This document shows, piece after piece, positions 1 through 8,879 of a stretch of 40,526 nt of DNA. The position numbers and the translations under genes are program-made. This stretch comes from Candidatus Hadarchaeum sp. (GTDB lineage Archaea > Hadarchaeota > Hadarchaeia > Hadarchaeales > Hadarchaeaceae). The notes under the pieces were generated by a model. That model was not told the DNA's origin and did not search any database. It was given only the letters and a program-made list of their open reading frames with translations. Where the stretch lies: positions 1 to 40,526 of the forward strand of contig NZ_JBMFOX010000009.1 of NCBI RefSeq assembly GCF_049969415.1, read 5' to 3'. Position 1 is the stretch's first letter, and each line of letters opens with the position of its first letter.

Positions 1-62
1 GCAATTCGTTTGGCAGATTCCACATCATACTCGATAATGCTCCTCTTCAGATCGTCTATCAT
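1..62 (-). CDS. 5' end of a probable corrinoid (B12-binding) protein, truncated by the window edge
   Basis: The minus strand from ATG at 62 reads MIDDLKRSIIEYDVESAKRI, preceded by a GAGGT SD. It resembles the N-terminal cap of MttC/MtbC-type corrinoid proteins (compare MSELSEKIKEAMLTFDQEKI at 7250). Only about 20 codons are visible. Confidence 0.55.
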   Translation of the reverse strand, partial: MIDDLKRSIIEYDVESAKRI

Positions 63-325
63 GCAATTACCTCAATCTTACTACTGAAAACATAATAAAA
101 ATCTTGCGTATGGTAACTTTTGAAACAGTCGACCAAAAAATAAAACTTTCCATAAAAATCACCGAAAAACTTTGTTTAAAAATAAGAAAAAACATTTAAA
201 ATTTCTTTTTTTTACTTATTGAGGCTTTAAATAATATTTCAGCAAGATTAAAAGCTTAACTAAAACCTTAAATAAACTGAAAAAACAGGCATAGTGGGAG
301 GTAGGTAAATATAAAACCGGTAGCA

Positions 326-1633
326 ATGGCCACTATAGCGCTCGTAGTGGGTCTCATTATCGGAATCGGTGCCGGTTGGGTAGCTAAGCCCGCAGAGGTG
401 ACTACCGCTCCAGGGGCCACCGCGACCACAACGGTGACAACGACCAAGACGGTTACTGCGCCAGCCGCTGGCGGTCTCTCCGGCGAGGTGAAGATCGGCT
501 GGGTGGACGGTCTGACCGGAGGCAACGCCTTCTGGGGAGAAGCGGCTAAAACTGCTGCCGATGTCGCACTGAACGAAGTAAACCAATATCTGAAAGATAC
601 CAGCGCTGGTTGGACAATGAGCATAGTTTATGAGGACTCGGAAACCAAGCCTGATGTCGCCCTTGAAAAACTGAAGAGCTTGCACGCCAGAGGCATTACG
701 ATTGTCAGCGGTTGGGGAACTAGCGCAGACCTGAGGGCTTGTATCTCTTACTCCAACTCAAACAAGATTCTCCTACTTGCCTACGGTTCCAACGCTGCAG
801 ACTTGGCCATACCTAACGACTATACCTACCGACTCATGCCAACCACAAAAATCGAAGGCAAATGCTTCGCGCGAATCGTCTACGACTTGGGAGTAAAATA
901 CTTGGTGCCGATGTGGCGTGGGGACACCTTCGGAGACTCGATGATGAATTACGTAAGACAATACTGCTCGGCACTAGGAATTACTGTGGATGATGGGGTT
1001 AGATACGACCCCAACGCCACTGAATTCAGCTCTGAAGCCGCTGCCTTTGCATCTAGAATCAACAATGCCATATCCACTTATGGGGCCGACAAGGTTGGTG
1101 CTTACATCCACTGCTTTGAGGAGGGCAAAGCAATCTTCGCATCCTTAAAAGCTTACAACGCGACGAACTGGGGAGTCCACTGGGTGGGTGTCGGAGGTCT
1201 AGTCTTGACTGACTGGGCATTGGAAACCGACACGGCAGATATAATAGCCAATAAAGGCGTCTACGGATGCTTAATCCCGACTCCAAACGCGAAACTATAC
1301 AACGTCCAAGCGCAGATAAAGGCTAAACTGGGCAGAGAGGCCGACATCTATGGACTCAATGGTTACGATGCGGTCTGGATGTTGGCACTGGCACTGAACA
1401 GCGCAAAGTCTTATGACTCCGATGCTGTTAAGGCTCAGTTGCCATGGGTCGCAAACAACTACACAGGTGTCACCGGCTGGTCGCCTTTCGATGAAGCTGG
1501 TGACAGACAGGGCAGCAACTACGGACTGTTCCAGATTGTTGGATCAGCAGGGGCCTACAAGTGGGCTCAGGTTGGCATATGGGACTTTAGCATAGACACG
1601 ATAACCTGGTGGCCGGAACCAAAAATAATGTAA
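326..1633 (+). CDS. ABC transporter substrate-binding protein, LivJ/branched-chain-amino-acid type, membrane anchored
   Basis: N-terminal hydrophobic anchor and Thr-rich linker (TATTTVTTTKTVT), followed by periplasmic-binding-protein type I motifs (VKIG..LTG, EDSETKP, YDAVWMLALAL, YTGVTG..FDEAGDR). Confidence 0.85.
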   Translation: MATIALVVGLIIGIGAGWVAKPAEVTTAPGATATTTVTTTKTVTAPAAGGLSGEVKIGWVDGLTGGNAFWGEAAKTAADVALNEVNQYLKDTSAGWTMSIVYEDSETKPDVALEKLKSLHARGITIVSGWGTSADLRACISYSNSNKILLLAYGSNAADLAIPNDYTYRLMPTTKIEGKCFARIVYDLGVKYLVPMWRGDTFGDSMMNYVRQYCSALGITVDDGVRYDPNATEFSSEAAAFASRINNAISTYGADKVGAYIHCFEEGKAIFASLKAYNATNWGVHWVGVGGLVLTDWALETDTADIIANKGVYGCLIPTPNAKLYNVQAQIKAKLGREADIYGLNGYDAVWMLALALNSAKSYDSDAVKAQLPWVANNYTGVTGWSPFDEAGDRQGSNYGLFQIVGSAGAYKWAQVGIWDFSIDTITWWPEPKIM

Positions 1634-1651
1634 CAAAACGAGACCCACCAA

Positions 1652-1671
1652 TTTTTTTGTTTTTTCTTTTT
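1652..1671 (+). terminator. oligo-T archaeal terminator after the binding-protein gene
   Basis: TTTTTTTGTTTTTTCTTTTT about 20 nt after the stop codon. Confidence 0.55.
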
Positions 1672-3477
1672 AAATTGGATGACTTAATCGTGTGACACGT
1701 TTAATAATAAAATTTTCAATCGATCCCGCAGACCAGACATTCTGATATAGCATGGTTGACCAAACACCTTTAACCTATCTGAAATCTTCAGCCCTGATAA
1801 AAGTGACATTGAACCTAGATTAAGCTAACGACTCAAAATTTGGCCGGCTTTATCCTACACGGAATATCCCTGGTGTGGGCCGATCCACCAATAGGATCAT
1901 ACTCGTCGAGGGTTAGCAGAAAATTAACATTCGACTCAAAGCAACCGTGTAGAGGTCCTGGTTTTTCTGGATACCACCAGCCGTGTTGAGACACTACCAT
2001 CCGGGGATGAACATCTTCGGTCAGTTTAGCCACCATCCATACTTTTTTCTCTTTTCCGTACGGTGTTTCGATAAAAACCATTTCACCGTTCTCGATGCCC
2101 AACTTTCTTGCCGTATCCGGGTGAATACTTATTTCAGGCTCAGGGTGTTTCAATCGCAACATCGGTATCTGTCGTCCCTGAGAATGACTGTACTCCAGCA
2201 ACCTGTTTCCAGTCAACCATATCAGTGGATACTCATCAGAAGTTTGGGCGGGAGGTACGTGATCAGGTAGCGGGTCAAAGCCATATTTTTCAAGCAGAGT
2301 TGAATAAAACTCGAATTTCTTTGATGGAGTCCAGAATCCACTTTCTTTATATTTTTCATACGTTTTTGGCATTGTTATATAATTAACGTTTTTCTTTCTG
2401 AGTTCCTCGAAGACAAGGCCTGAAGGTGCTAACCTATAATTATTATATTCCTCCTCCGATTTCCAAGGAAAGTTTAAACCCATTCTTTTCGCCAGTTCAA
2501 TCAATATCTCGGCATCGCTCCGACGTTGGTATAACGGTTCGACCGCCCTGTGACATATCGAAACACAGTAGGGGTAGGAAGGTGAACCGGGAATTCCATC
2601 TCTCTCGAGCCAACAGGCAACGGGAAGCACTAAATCAGAAAGCTCGGCCGTTGGTGTCATAAAAAGATCCAGTGTTACTAGAAAATCCAACTTCCTCAAC
2701 GCTCCCATAACTCGCCCGGAATCCTGCATCGTCAATAAAGGATTAGTGCCGACTACAATCATGGCCTTGACAGGATACGGATTTCCTGTTTCGATCGCAT
2801 CCATCACGAAATGTGGGTGTGCCATCGCTACCGGCGCATCGGGGCCAGAATACAATGGAAGTTCTTTGGCACCCAATCTCCTCTCTCTCACTTCTCTTGG
2901 CAATTTATCTAAACCCTCAGTCTAAGCACAAGAAATCCCCTTCACCGGAGCGTCTATTTTTATTGTATTCCCGCCTTTTCGGTCAAGGTTACCACAAACC
3001 GCTATGAGAAAATTAATGAGTCTTTCTGTTTGAACGGAATTAATGCTCATATCCAGAGAGGTGCTAAAGATAATGGAAGCCGGTGTATGGGTGGCATACA
3101 TCCTAGCCGCTTCGATTATCTTCTCTTCAGGTATCCAAGTAATCTTGGATACTTTATCCACCGGAAAGTTTTTTACCCGATTTTTGAGTTCTTCGAAACC
3201 GCTACACCACTTATTAACGAATTCCTTGTCGTAGAGTTTCTCTTCAATTATAACGTTCAACATCCCCAAGGCAAGGGCATCGTCAGTACCTGGCCTTATT
3301 TGCAGCCACAAATCAGCTTTCTTCACCCAGAAAGTTCGGACCGGGTCGATCACAATCAGCTTCGTTCCTCTTTGCACCGCTTCCAGCAAGACCTTGACCA
3401 CGTTCGGAAAGCTCGCCGACGGATTCGCCGCCCAGATTACGATGCATTTAGAATCAGGCCATTCACGGCTATAATTA

Positions 3478-4605
3478 AGTCATTTTTCTTAGGTTTTGCT
3501 ATATATGGCTAGCGACTAGTAATGGTGGGGCTGGCCGAGGCCGGTGGAGGTGAAAAACCTCAAATGGGTGATTCCCATGGCCAAGCCAGCCGTGTTAGAG
3601 CTGAAGGATGAGGAAATAAAAGCGGTGGAAGAGTTCGCAGCCACGACAAAGTCGGTTAGGGAGTTCAAGCGAGCCCGAGCGGTGCTCTACAAGGCGAAGG
3701 GAATGAGTTTGGAACAGATAGCTCAGTTATTGGGTGTGCACTGGAGCACCGCGCAGAGGTACATAGCCAGATACAAGGAGCGAGGGATCGCCAGCTTCAA
3801 GGACAAGCCTAGGCCCGGGAGGGAGCCCAAGCTTACGGATGAGGTGAGGAAAAAATTGCTAAAGGCGGCCTTGAAGAGCCCCAAGCTCTTCGGCTTCCTG
3901 AAGAACAATTGGAGCCTAGGGATGCTGAGGCTGTACATCAAAAAAGAAACCGGAATCGATATAAGCGAGACCCAAATCTGGAGGATCCTGAAAAAGCATG
4001 GGATAGTATACAAGAGGCCGAAGCTCGTTGCCCCAGAAAAGCGGGGAAAAGGGCCAAAAAGGTCGAAAACTACAAGAGGGTCGCAAAGGCCCTTTTAAAA
4101 AAGGGTGATGGTGGCATTCGAGGACGAGACTTGGGTTGAGCTTCTCCCAAAGGTTTGGAAGTGTTGGTACCTGAAGGGAAAGCAACTCGAGATCGAGACG
4201 CCCGGAATTAACAAGCGACTGAATGTCTTCATAACCTTGGACTTTGGATCGGGCAAGCTGATCTACAGCATCCACAGGAGAAGGAGGAGCAGGGAGCTCA
4301 AATATCACCTCGGAAAGTTGATGAGGTACGCCAGGCGGAAGAGGTTCAAGAGGGTCATCCTTATCTTGGACAACTCGCCGGTACACAAGAGCGCTGAAAG
4401 CAGGAGATTTTTGAAGAGAAACGGCCGTTTCTTGAAAGTGTTCAACTTGCCCAGCTATTCACCGAACCTGAACGAGGTGGAGCACGTAAACAGGCAACTC
4501 AAGCGTGATGTGTGTTCGAACGTTCTCTTTGGGGATACTAGGGATCTCGGCGCAGCCGTGAGAAAATACCTAAGCATTGGATGGCAAAACTTACGAAAAA
4601 AGACT
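3478..4605 (+). mobile_element. IS630-family insertion sequence (IS630-a)
   Basis: Imperfect terminal IRs including the TA: TAAGTCATTTTTCTTAGGTTTTGCTAT versus revcomp TAAGTCTTTTTTCGTAAGTTTTGCCAT (23/27). TA is duplicated at 3476-3477 and 4606-4607 in a TTAA context. Excision restores the host gene frame. Confidence 0.93.
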
Positions 4606-4608
4606 TAA
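3577..4608 (+). CDS. IS630 transposase with HTH and DDE halves separated by an in-frame TAA at 4096-4098
   Basis: HTH region (RARAVLYKAKG, DKPRPGREPKL, WSL..LR) and DDE triad motifs FEDE, LILDNS and SPNLNEVE. Confidence 0.85.
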
Positions 4609-5145
4609 AACCTAAAGCGGTGGGGATTCCCATGTCAGCGTGACAGGCCAATGCCATGGGGCCAAAACAGATATAGTCCATCCCCATCACGTTCGGGGTT
4701 CCGAGAGCGGCGGCAAAAAAAGTACTTATTCCAACGTGATCGTGGGACCAACTTCCATGGGCAACTACAATACTTTCAGGACCATACTTTTCTCTGATTT
4801 CTGTAAGCCGATTCGAAATCAAACTTAGTGCCTCATCCCATGATATCCGTTCCCATTTTTCGCTGTTTTTGTCGGTTCTTTTTAACGGGTAATTGACCCG
4901 CATATCGTTGTATAACAGTTCCATTCCGGCAAGACCTTTGATGCACATGTGCCCTTTAGTCTCTGGGTGATCGGGATCTCCCTCGATTTTTAATACCCTG
5001 CCACCCTCACTAACGAAAACCTGTGCGCCGCAACAGACAGCACATCCATCACAACTAGTCTTTATCCGCTCCATGGATTTTCAACCATCATGATTTAAGT
5101 TCTGACAATTTTAACGTCAAATGGCTCAATTATTAATAACCAACT

Positions 5146-6606
5146 CTAAACGTTGTGTTCAGTCTTTGCCTCCCTTTTCTCCACTTCCCTAACAAAATCC
5201 TCCAGCTCTTTTTCTATATCCCTGTCCAACGGCCCCGGCCGATGCTTTTCCAGTATCTTTTTGACCTCAACACGGGCAGTCTCCCTAAGATCCCTTGAAC
5301 CCGCTTTTTCCCAAGTTTCTCTTTTTTCCCTGCTGAAAATTTTGGGGAGGTAGTGTTCCTTCATGAAGTTCTGTATGGTGTGCTTCTGAGTAAAGTAATG
5401 GCCTTCAGGACCTACCTTCTTTATTACTTCAACAGCCAGCGTTTCCTCGTCAACTTTTATACCGCTCAGCGCCCGGGACACCATGCCCGCCAGCTCGTCA
5501 TCAATGACAAGCTGTTCATAGCTCATGGTTAGCGTCGACTCGAGGGTACCAGCAAAAGAATAAACAAGGTTTACTCCGGCCAAGGCCCCCATGAGCAGCG
5601 TCACCGATTTCTCCAAGCCCGCCTGAATGTCAGGTATCTTTGCGTCCGTGGTGCCACCGGTTCCCCGGCTGGGAAGGCCATAGTACTGAGCCAGTTGGGC
5701 CGTGGCCGCATTAATAAGTCCTGCTTCAACGGCCCCTAAGGCAATGTTGCCGCTTTTCATGTCTGCAATTGTTGAAACGGTTCCATAAAGCACCGGAGTG
5801 CCGGGGCTGACAAGCTCGGCCAAAACTATCCCGCTAAGGATCTCGGCATTTTGTTGCACCAAGAGCCCCGCCAGCGTCGCGGGCGCCGTCGCACCCGATT
5901 GGGCCTCCGGCGCAATAACAAGCGGCTGCCGGTACTTCGCATATACCATAAGCCCTTCCACCATCTCCTTGGAGTGCTGCAACGGGCTCGTGGGATTTTC
6001 TATGCTCAGAAGCAATGGCCTTTTTTTGAGCTCCTCAACACCTCCGGCAACAATCGAAGCCATCCTCAGGTTATCTTCTGAGGGGATCTCACCGTAGATG
6101 TAACCGTCCAGAGGCTTGGTCGTGTTCCTAAATCCTGCTAATAACCCGTATACGTGGACCAAGGGCTCTGGAATATCCTTTGGCCAGACTGCCCAATCCA
6201 AAAGATGTATGTTTTCCAAGGAATCCCCGAGCCTGAAAAACAGCTCCACATCAGCCAAGGTGCCCTCGCGGCGTTTCCCCGAATCAATATCCAGAACATA
6301 GGGGAACCATCCCCCCATCGAGAAATAAATCCGGTTGCCCCCAAGCCTCATTTTACGGTCAAAGTTTCTTCCGTAAACCGTACAGCAGCTCGGCGCTCCT
6401 TTTACCGCTTCCGTGACTAGGTGCTCAGGGATTCTGGCAATTCCCCTCTTGAAATCAACAAAGGCCCCTGCATCTTCCAGTATTTTCAACGCTTTCTCGG
6501 AAAGGAACTTCACGCCAACCTGTTCGAGGATTTCTGTGGTAGCCATATGAATTTCGTAAAGTTCGTCTCCGGAAAGTAACTGCAATTGCCCTCCCCTAAA
6601 ATTCAA
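5146..6606 (-). CDS. mttB: MttB-superfamily corrinoid methyltransferase (MT1), non-pyrrolysine type
   Basis: Motifs IH..T..ILEQVG, NPTSPL, GATAPATLAGLLVQQNAEILSG, DAKIPDIQAGLEK, AG.LES.LT.SYEQLVIDDE and VGPEGHYF. Thr occupies the Pyl-equivalent position (GGTTDAK) and there is no internal TAG. Confidence 0.9.
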   Translation of the reverse strand: MNFRGGQLQLLSGDELYEIHMATTEILEQVGVKFLSEKALKILEDAGAFVDFKRGIARIPEHLVTEAVKGAPSCCTVYGRNFDRKMRLGGNRIYFSMGGWFPYVLDIDSGKRREGTLADVELFFRLGDSLENIHLLDWAVWPKDIPEPLVHVYGLLAGFRNTTKPLDGYIYGEIPSEDNLRMASIVAGGVEELKKRPLLLSIENPTSPLQHSKEMVEGLMVYAKYRQPLVIAPEAQSGATAPATLAGLLVQQNAEILSGIVLAELVSPGTPVLYGTVSTIADMKSGNIALGAVEAGLINAATAQLAQYYGLPSRGTGGTTDAKIPDIQAGLEKSVTLLMGALAGVNLVYSFAGTLESTLTMSYEQLVIDDELAGMVSRALSGIKVDEETLAVEVIKKVGPEGHYFTQKHTIQNFMKEHYLPKIFSREKRETWEKAGSRDLRETARVEVKKILEKHRPGPLDRDIEKELEDFVREVEKREAKTEHNV

Positions 6607-7250
6607 CTCCGACCCTCCATGAGTTTCTTGGCCAGTTTGACCGCTTCAATCGCGTTTTCAGCGTATCCATCCGCGCCTATCTTCTCCGCCCATTCCGCTG
6701 AAACCGGCGCCCCACCAACCACAACTTTAACTTTTTCCCGCAGACCATGACTTCTAAGGGCCTCGATCACCTTTTCCTGCATGGGGCGAGTGGTAGTGAT
6801 CATGGCGGACATGCCGACAATATCTGGGTTCTGCTCCTTAACCGTTTTTATGAAATCCTCGACCGGAACGTCTTTTCCTAAGTCCAACACCTCAAACCCG
6901 GCGGAGAAAAGCATTGACGCGACTATACTCTTGCCGATGTCATGGATATCCCCGGCCACGGTACCGATAACAACCCGTCCAATGGTTTTTCTCTCGGCAT
7001 TGCCCTTGAGCAACGGCTCTATGTGCTCGGCAATGGCATTCTTTGCGGCTTCGCTAATGATCATCAGGTGGGGGATGAAAATTTCACCCTTCTCAAACAT
7101 GTCACCAATCTCCTCAAAACTGACCGTAATTGCGTTGATGAGATCCAGAGGATTGGCACCATCGCTCAGGCATTTCCTAATGGTTTCAACTATCTTCTCC
7201 TGGTCAAACGTCAACATGGCTTCCTTTATTTTCTCTGAAAGTTCAGACAT
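6603..7250 (-). CDS. methyltransferase corrinoid protein (MttC/MtbC-like)
   Basis: DxHxxG motif in GTVAGDIHDIGKSIV, plus DLGKDVP, GMSA, VGGAPV and IGADGY. Overlaps the mttB start by 4 nt. Confidence 0.93.
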   Translation of the reverse strand: MSELSEKIKEAMLTFDQEKIVETIRKCLSDGANPLDLINAITVSFEEIGDMFEKGEIFIPHLMIISEAAKNAIAEHIEPLLKGNAERKTIGRVVIGTVAGDIHDIGKSIVASMLFSAGFEVLDLGKDVPVEDFIKTVKEQNPDIVGMSAMITTTRPMQEKVIEALRSHGLREKVKVVVGGAPVSAEWAEKIGADGYAENAIEAVKLAKKLMEGRS

Positions 7251-7295
7251 CGATAGCCTCTTTTATCCTTTTTTATTAATGGTTTGCTATTTTGA

Positions 7296-7615
7296 TGCAT
7301 TGTTGCATTAAATTTTTAAAATTGTCCTGAGACCGGTGTTTTGGCGGCTGGGGGCTGGACCGATGAGGTGGTGGTGAAAAACCACCGAGGTGTTGGGATG
7401 CCGAAGGTTAAGAGGGATTGGAAAACTTACAACGAACAGCCCGTCATGGCGCAAAAGTTCGAAAGCATGGCCAAGGAAATGTTGCTGAAGGCGTTCTGCT
7501 ACAACCTGTTGATGAACTTGGGCGTCGGTCGATGAGATCCTTTCAAGAATTGGTTCGACGAGCCAAACCGGAGCTTGCGCAGGAGATTTCGCGTTTTGAT
7601 TTGTGCAACAATGCA
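7296..7615 (+). mobile_element. 320-bp MITE, an internal deletion derivative of an IS5-family (ISH1-like) element
   Basis: Perfect 12-bp IRs TGCATTGTTGCA (7296-7307) and TGCAACAATGCA (7604-7615). 8-bp target duplication TATTTTGA at 7288-7295 and 7616-7623. Mini-ORF 7398-7535 fuses a transposase-like start (KRDWKTYNEQ) to a transposase-like end (EMLLKAFCYNL). The family assignment is inferred from the TGC end and the 8-bp TSD. Confidence 0.88.
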
Positions 7616-7720
7616 TATTTTGATACTCTACGCAGAGGGGTGTTTAATCTACAGAGAATTTTTGTCCGACCAACGGTATTGTTTTACAACACTCCAACGC
7701 GCCAAAACTTTGTTAGCTTA

Positions 7721-8879
7721 AAAGTTCTGTCACATAATTTAATGTCCCATTGTCACATAAGTTCTTTCCCCATTCCGATTGTAGGCCGAGATCCATTTCA
7801 CCACGGTCATCTTCAGTTGTTTCATCGATCGGAAATTGCTGTTGTTCAAGACTTCTTTCTGCAGCAGGGAAAACTTGTTTTCGATCTCGTTCAACTCCGG
7901 TGCCCCTTTCGGCAGGAAAACCAGCTCGACAGCACCGCCATTTTCGCTCAAGTATTCCTTGACGATTTTTGCTTTGTGCGTTTTGGTGTTGTCCAACACG
8001 ACGTATAGCTTATCATCCTCAAACTTCCTTTCTAGCCAAGAAAGGAAATCTCTGAACTGCAAACTCTTCGCTTCGAAGTAAAACCTGTAAAATATCCGGT
8101 CCGTATGCGGACTGTACGCAGCAAACAGATGCAGCTTCTTCCGAACCCTTATCCTCTGATTGGCCCTGATGATGATCATCTTCTTCCGCGTCCACATGCT
8201 CCCGCCGTAGCGCTTCACGACCATAGGTCCCTTTTCGTCCTCGAAAAACACGATGCAATTCGGCCTCTCCAGAAGCTCGCGGATCCTGGCCTTTTTAGCC
8301 TCTTAATCGGGGTCTTCAGAGATGAGCTTCTTCCGGGACTTTCTGAATGCCACGCCGTGGCTTAGGAGTATCCTCCTCAATTCTTCCACACTCACATCGG
8401 CGATCCTTTTGCTTCGGAGGTACGACCTGAGCTTCCTCAGGCTCCAATTCATGAAGGGTAAACCCAAGCTTTCGGGTCTCCTGCAGGCGATCCTCACTAT
8501 CTCCTTTTCAAGCCCTTCGTTGAACTTCGGTCTCCTTCCGCTCTTAGGCCTCTCGAGTATACCGCGAATGCCCAAGGTATTGAATCTCCTTATCCAGCTC
8601 CTGATTGTCTTCACATGCATGTTAAGGCGGATCCCTATCTCCGCTGGCGTATAACCCTGTCGTGAGAGGAGGATCACCCTGGCCCTGTACGCTATGCGAC
8701 TTTTCTCATCCAGTTGCCTGAGAAGGAAGTCCTTCTCGCTCCGGCTGAGCTTCCTTGCGTACAGGGTATCCATCACATTTTCTTAGAATCCTGACTATAA
8801 AAAGGGAATAGTATTTATGTGACAAATGAGATAATCTATTGTGTGACAGTTGTGACATTCAATTTTGTGACAGTACTCT
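7721..8879 (-). mobile_element. IS630-family insertion sequence (IS630-b)
   Basis: About 45-bp imperfect IRs built from TGTCAC repeats (TTAAAAGTTCTGTCACATAATTTAATGTCCCA versus revcomp TTAAGAGTACTGTCACAAAATTGAATGTCACA). TA is duplicated at 7719-7720 and 8880-8881 in a TTAA context. Confidence 0.9.
7739..8776 (-). CDS. IS630 transposase with an in-frame TAA at 8303-8305
   Basis: ORFs 8303..8776 and 7739..8251 are in the same frame and read ...SEDPD*EAKKARIRELLERPNCIVFFEDEKG. DDE motifs FEDE, VVLDN and APELNEIE. Confidence 0.85.

Larger units (their letters stand above)
1833..5074 (-). pseudogene. Mo/W-bisPGD oxidoreductase of the acetylene-hydratase-like clade, split by IS630 and carrying an in-frame TAG
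   Basis: N-terminal [4Fe-4S] motif CDGCAVCC...C, Cys metal ligand in DYIC, plus LIVIDP, RPGTD.ALALGM, MTPTAELSDLVLP and a C-terminal MopB_CT domain. Removing 3478-4607 restores the frame (...PTALGF|NYSREWPDSKC...), giving 704 codons including the terminal stop. One internal TAG at 2922-2924 is in frame with ORF 1833..2903. Confidence 0.9.

Noticed and set aside
5146-6606. Pyrrolysine-containing trimethylamine methyltransferase or genome-wide TAG recoding
   Set aside because: mttB has no internal TAG and has Thr at the Pyl position. atpA, atpB, atpK and trpS end at TAG at their expected lengths, and no pyl genes are in the window.
7355-7390. Hammerhead ribozyme (CCGATGA...GAAA) in the MITE leader
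   Set aside because: The core deviates from CUGANGA, and the segment between it and GAAA (GGTGGTGGT) cannot form stem II.
7662-7673. FadR/GntR-like operator TTGTCCGACCAA
   Set aside because: It is a single imperfect palindrome, no regulator gene is nearby, and there are no convincing repeats at the other promoters of the locus.
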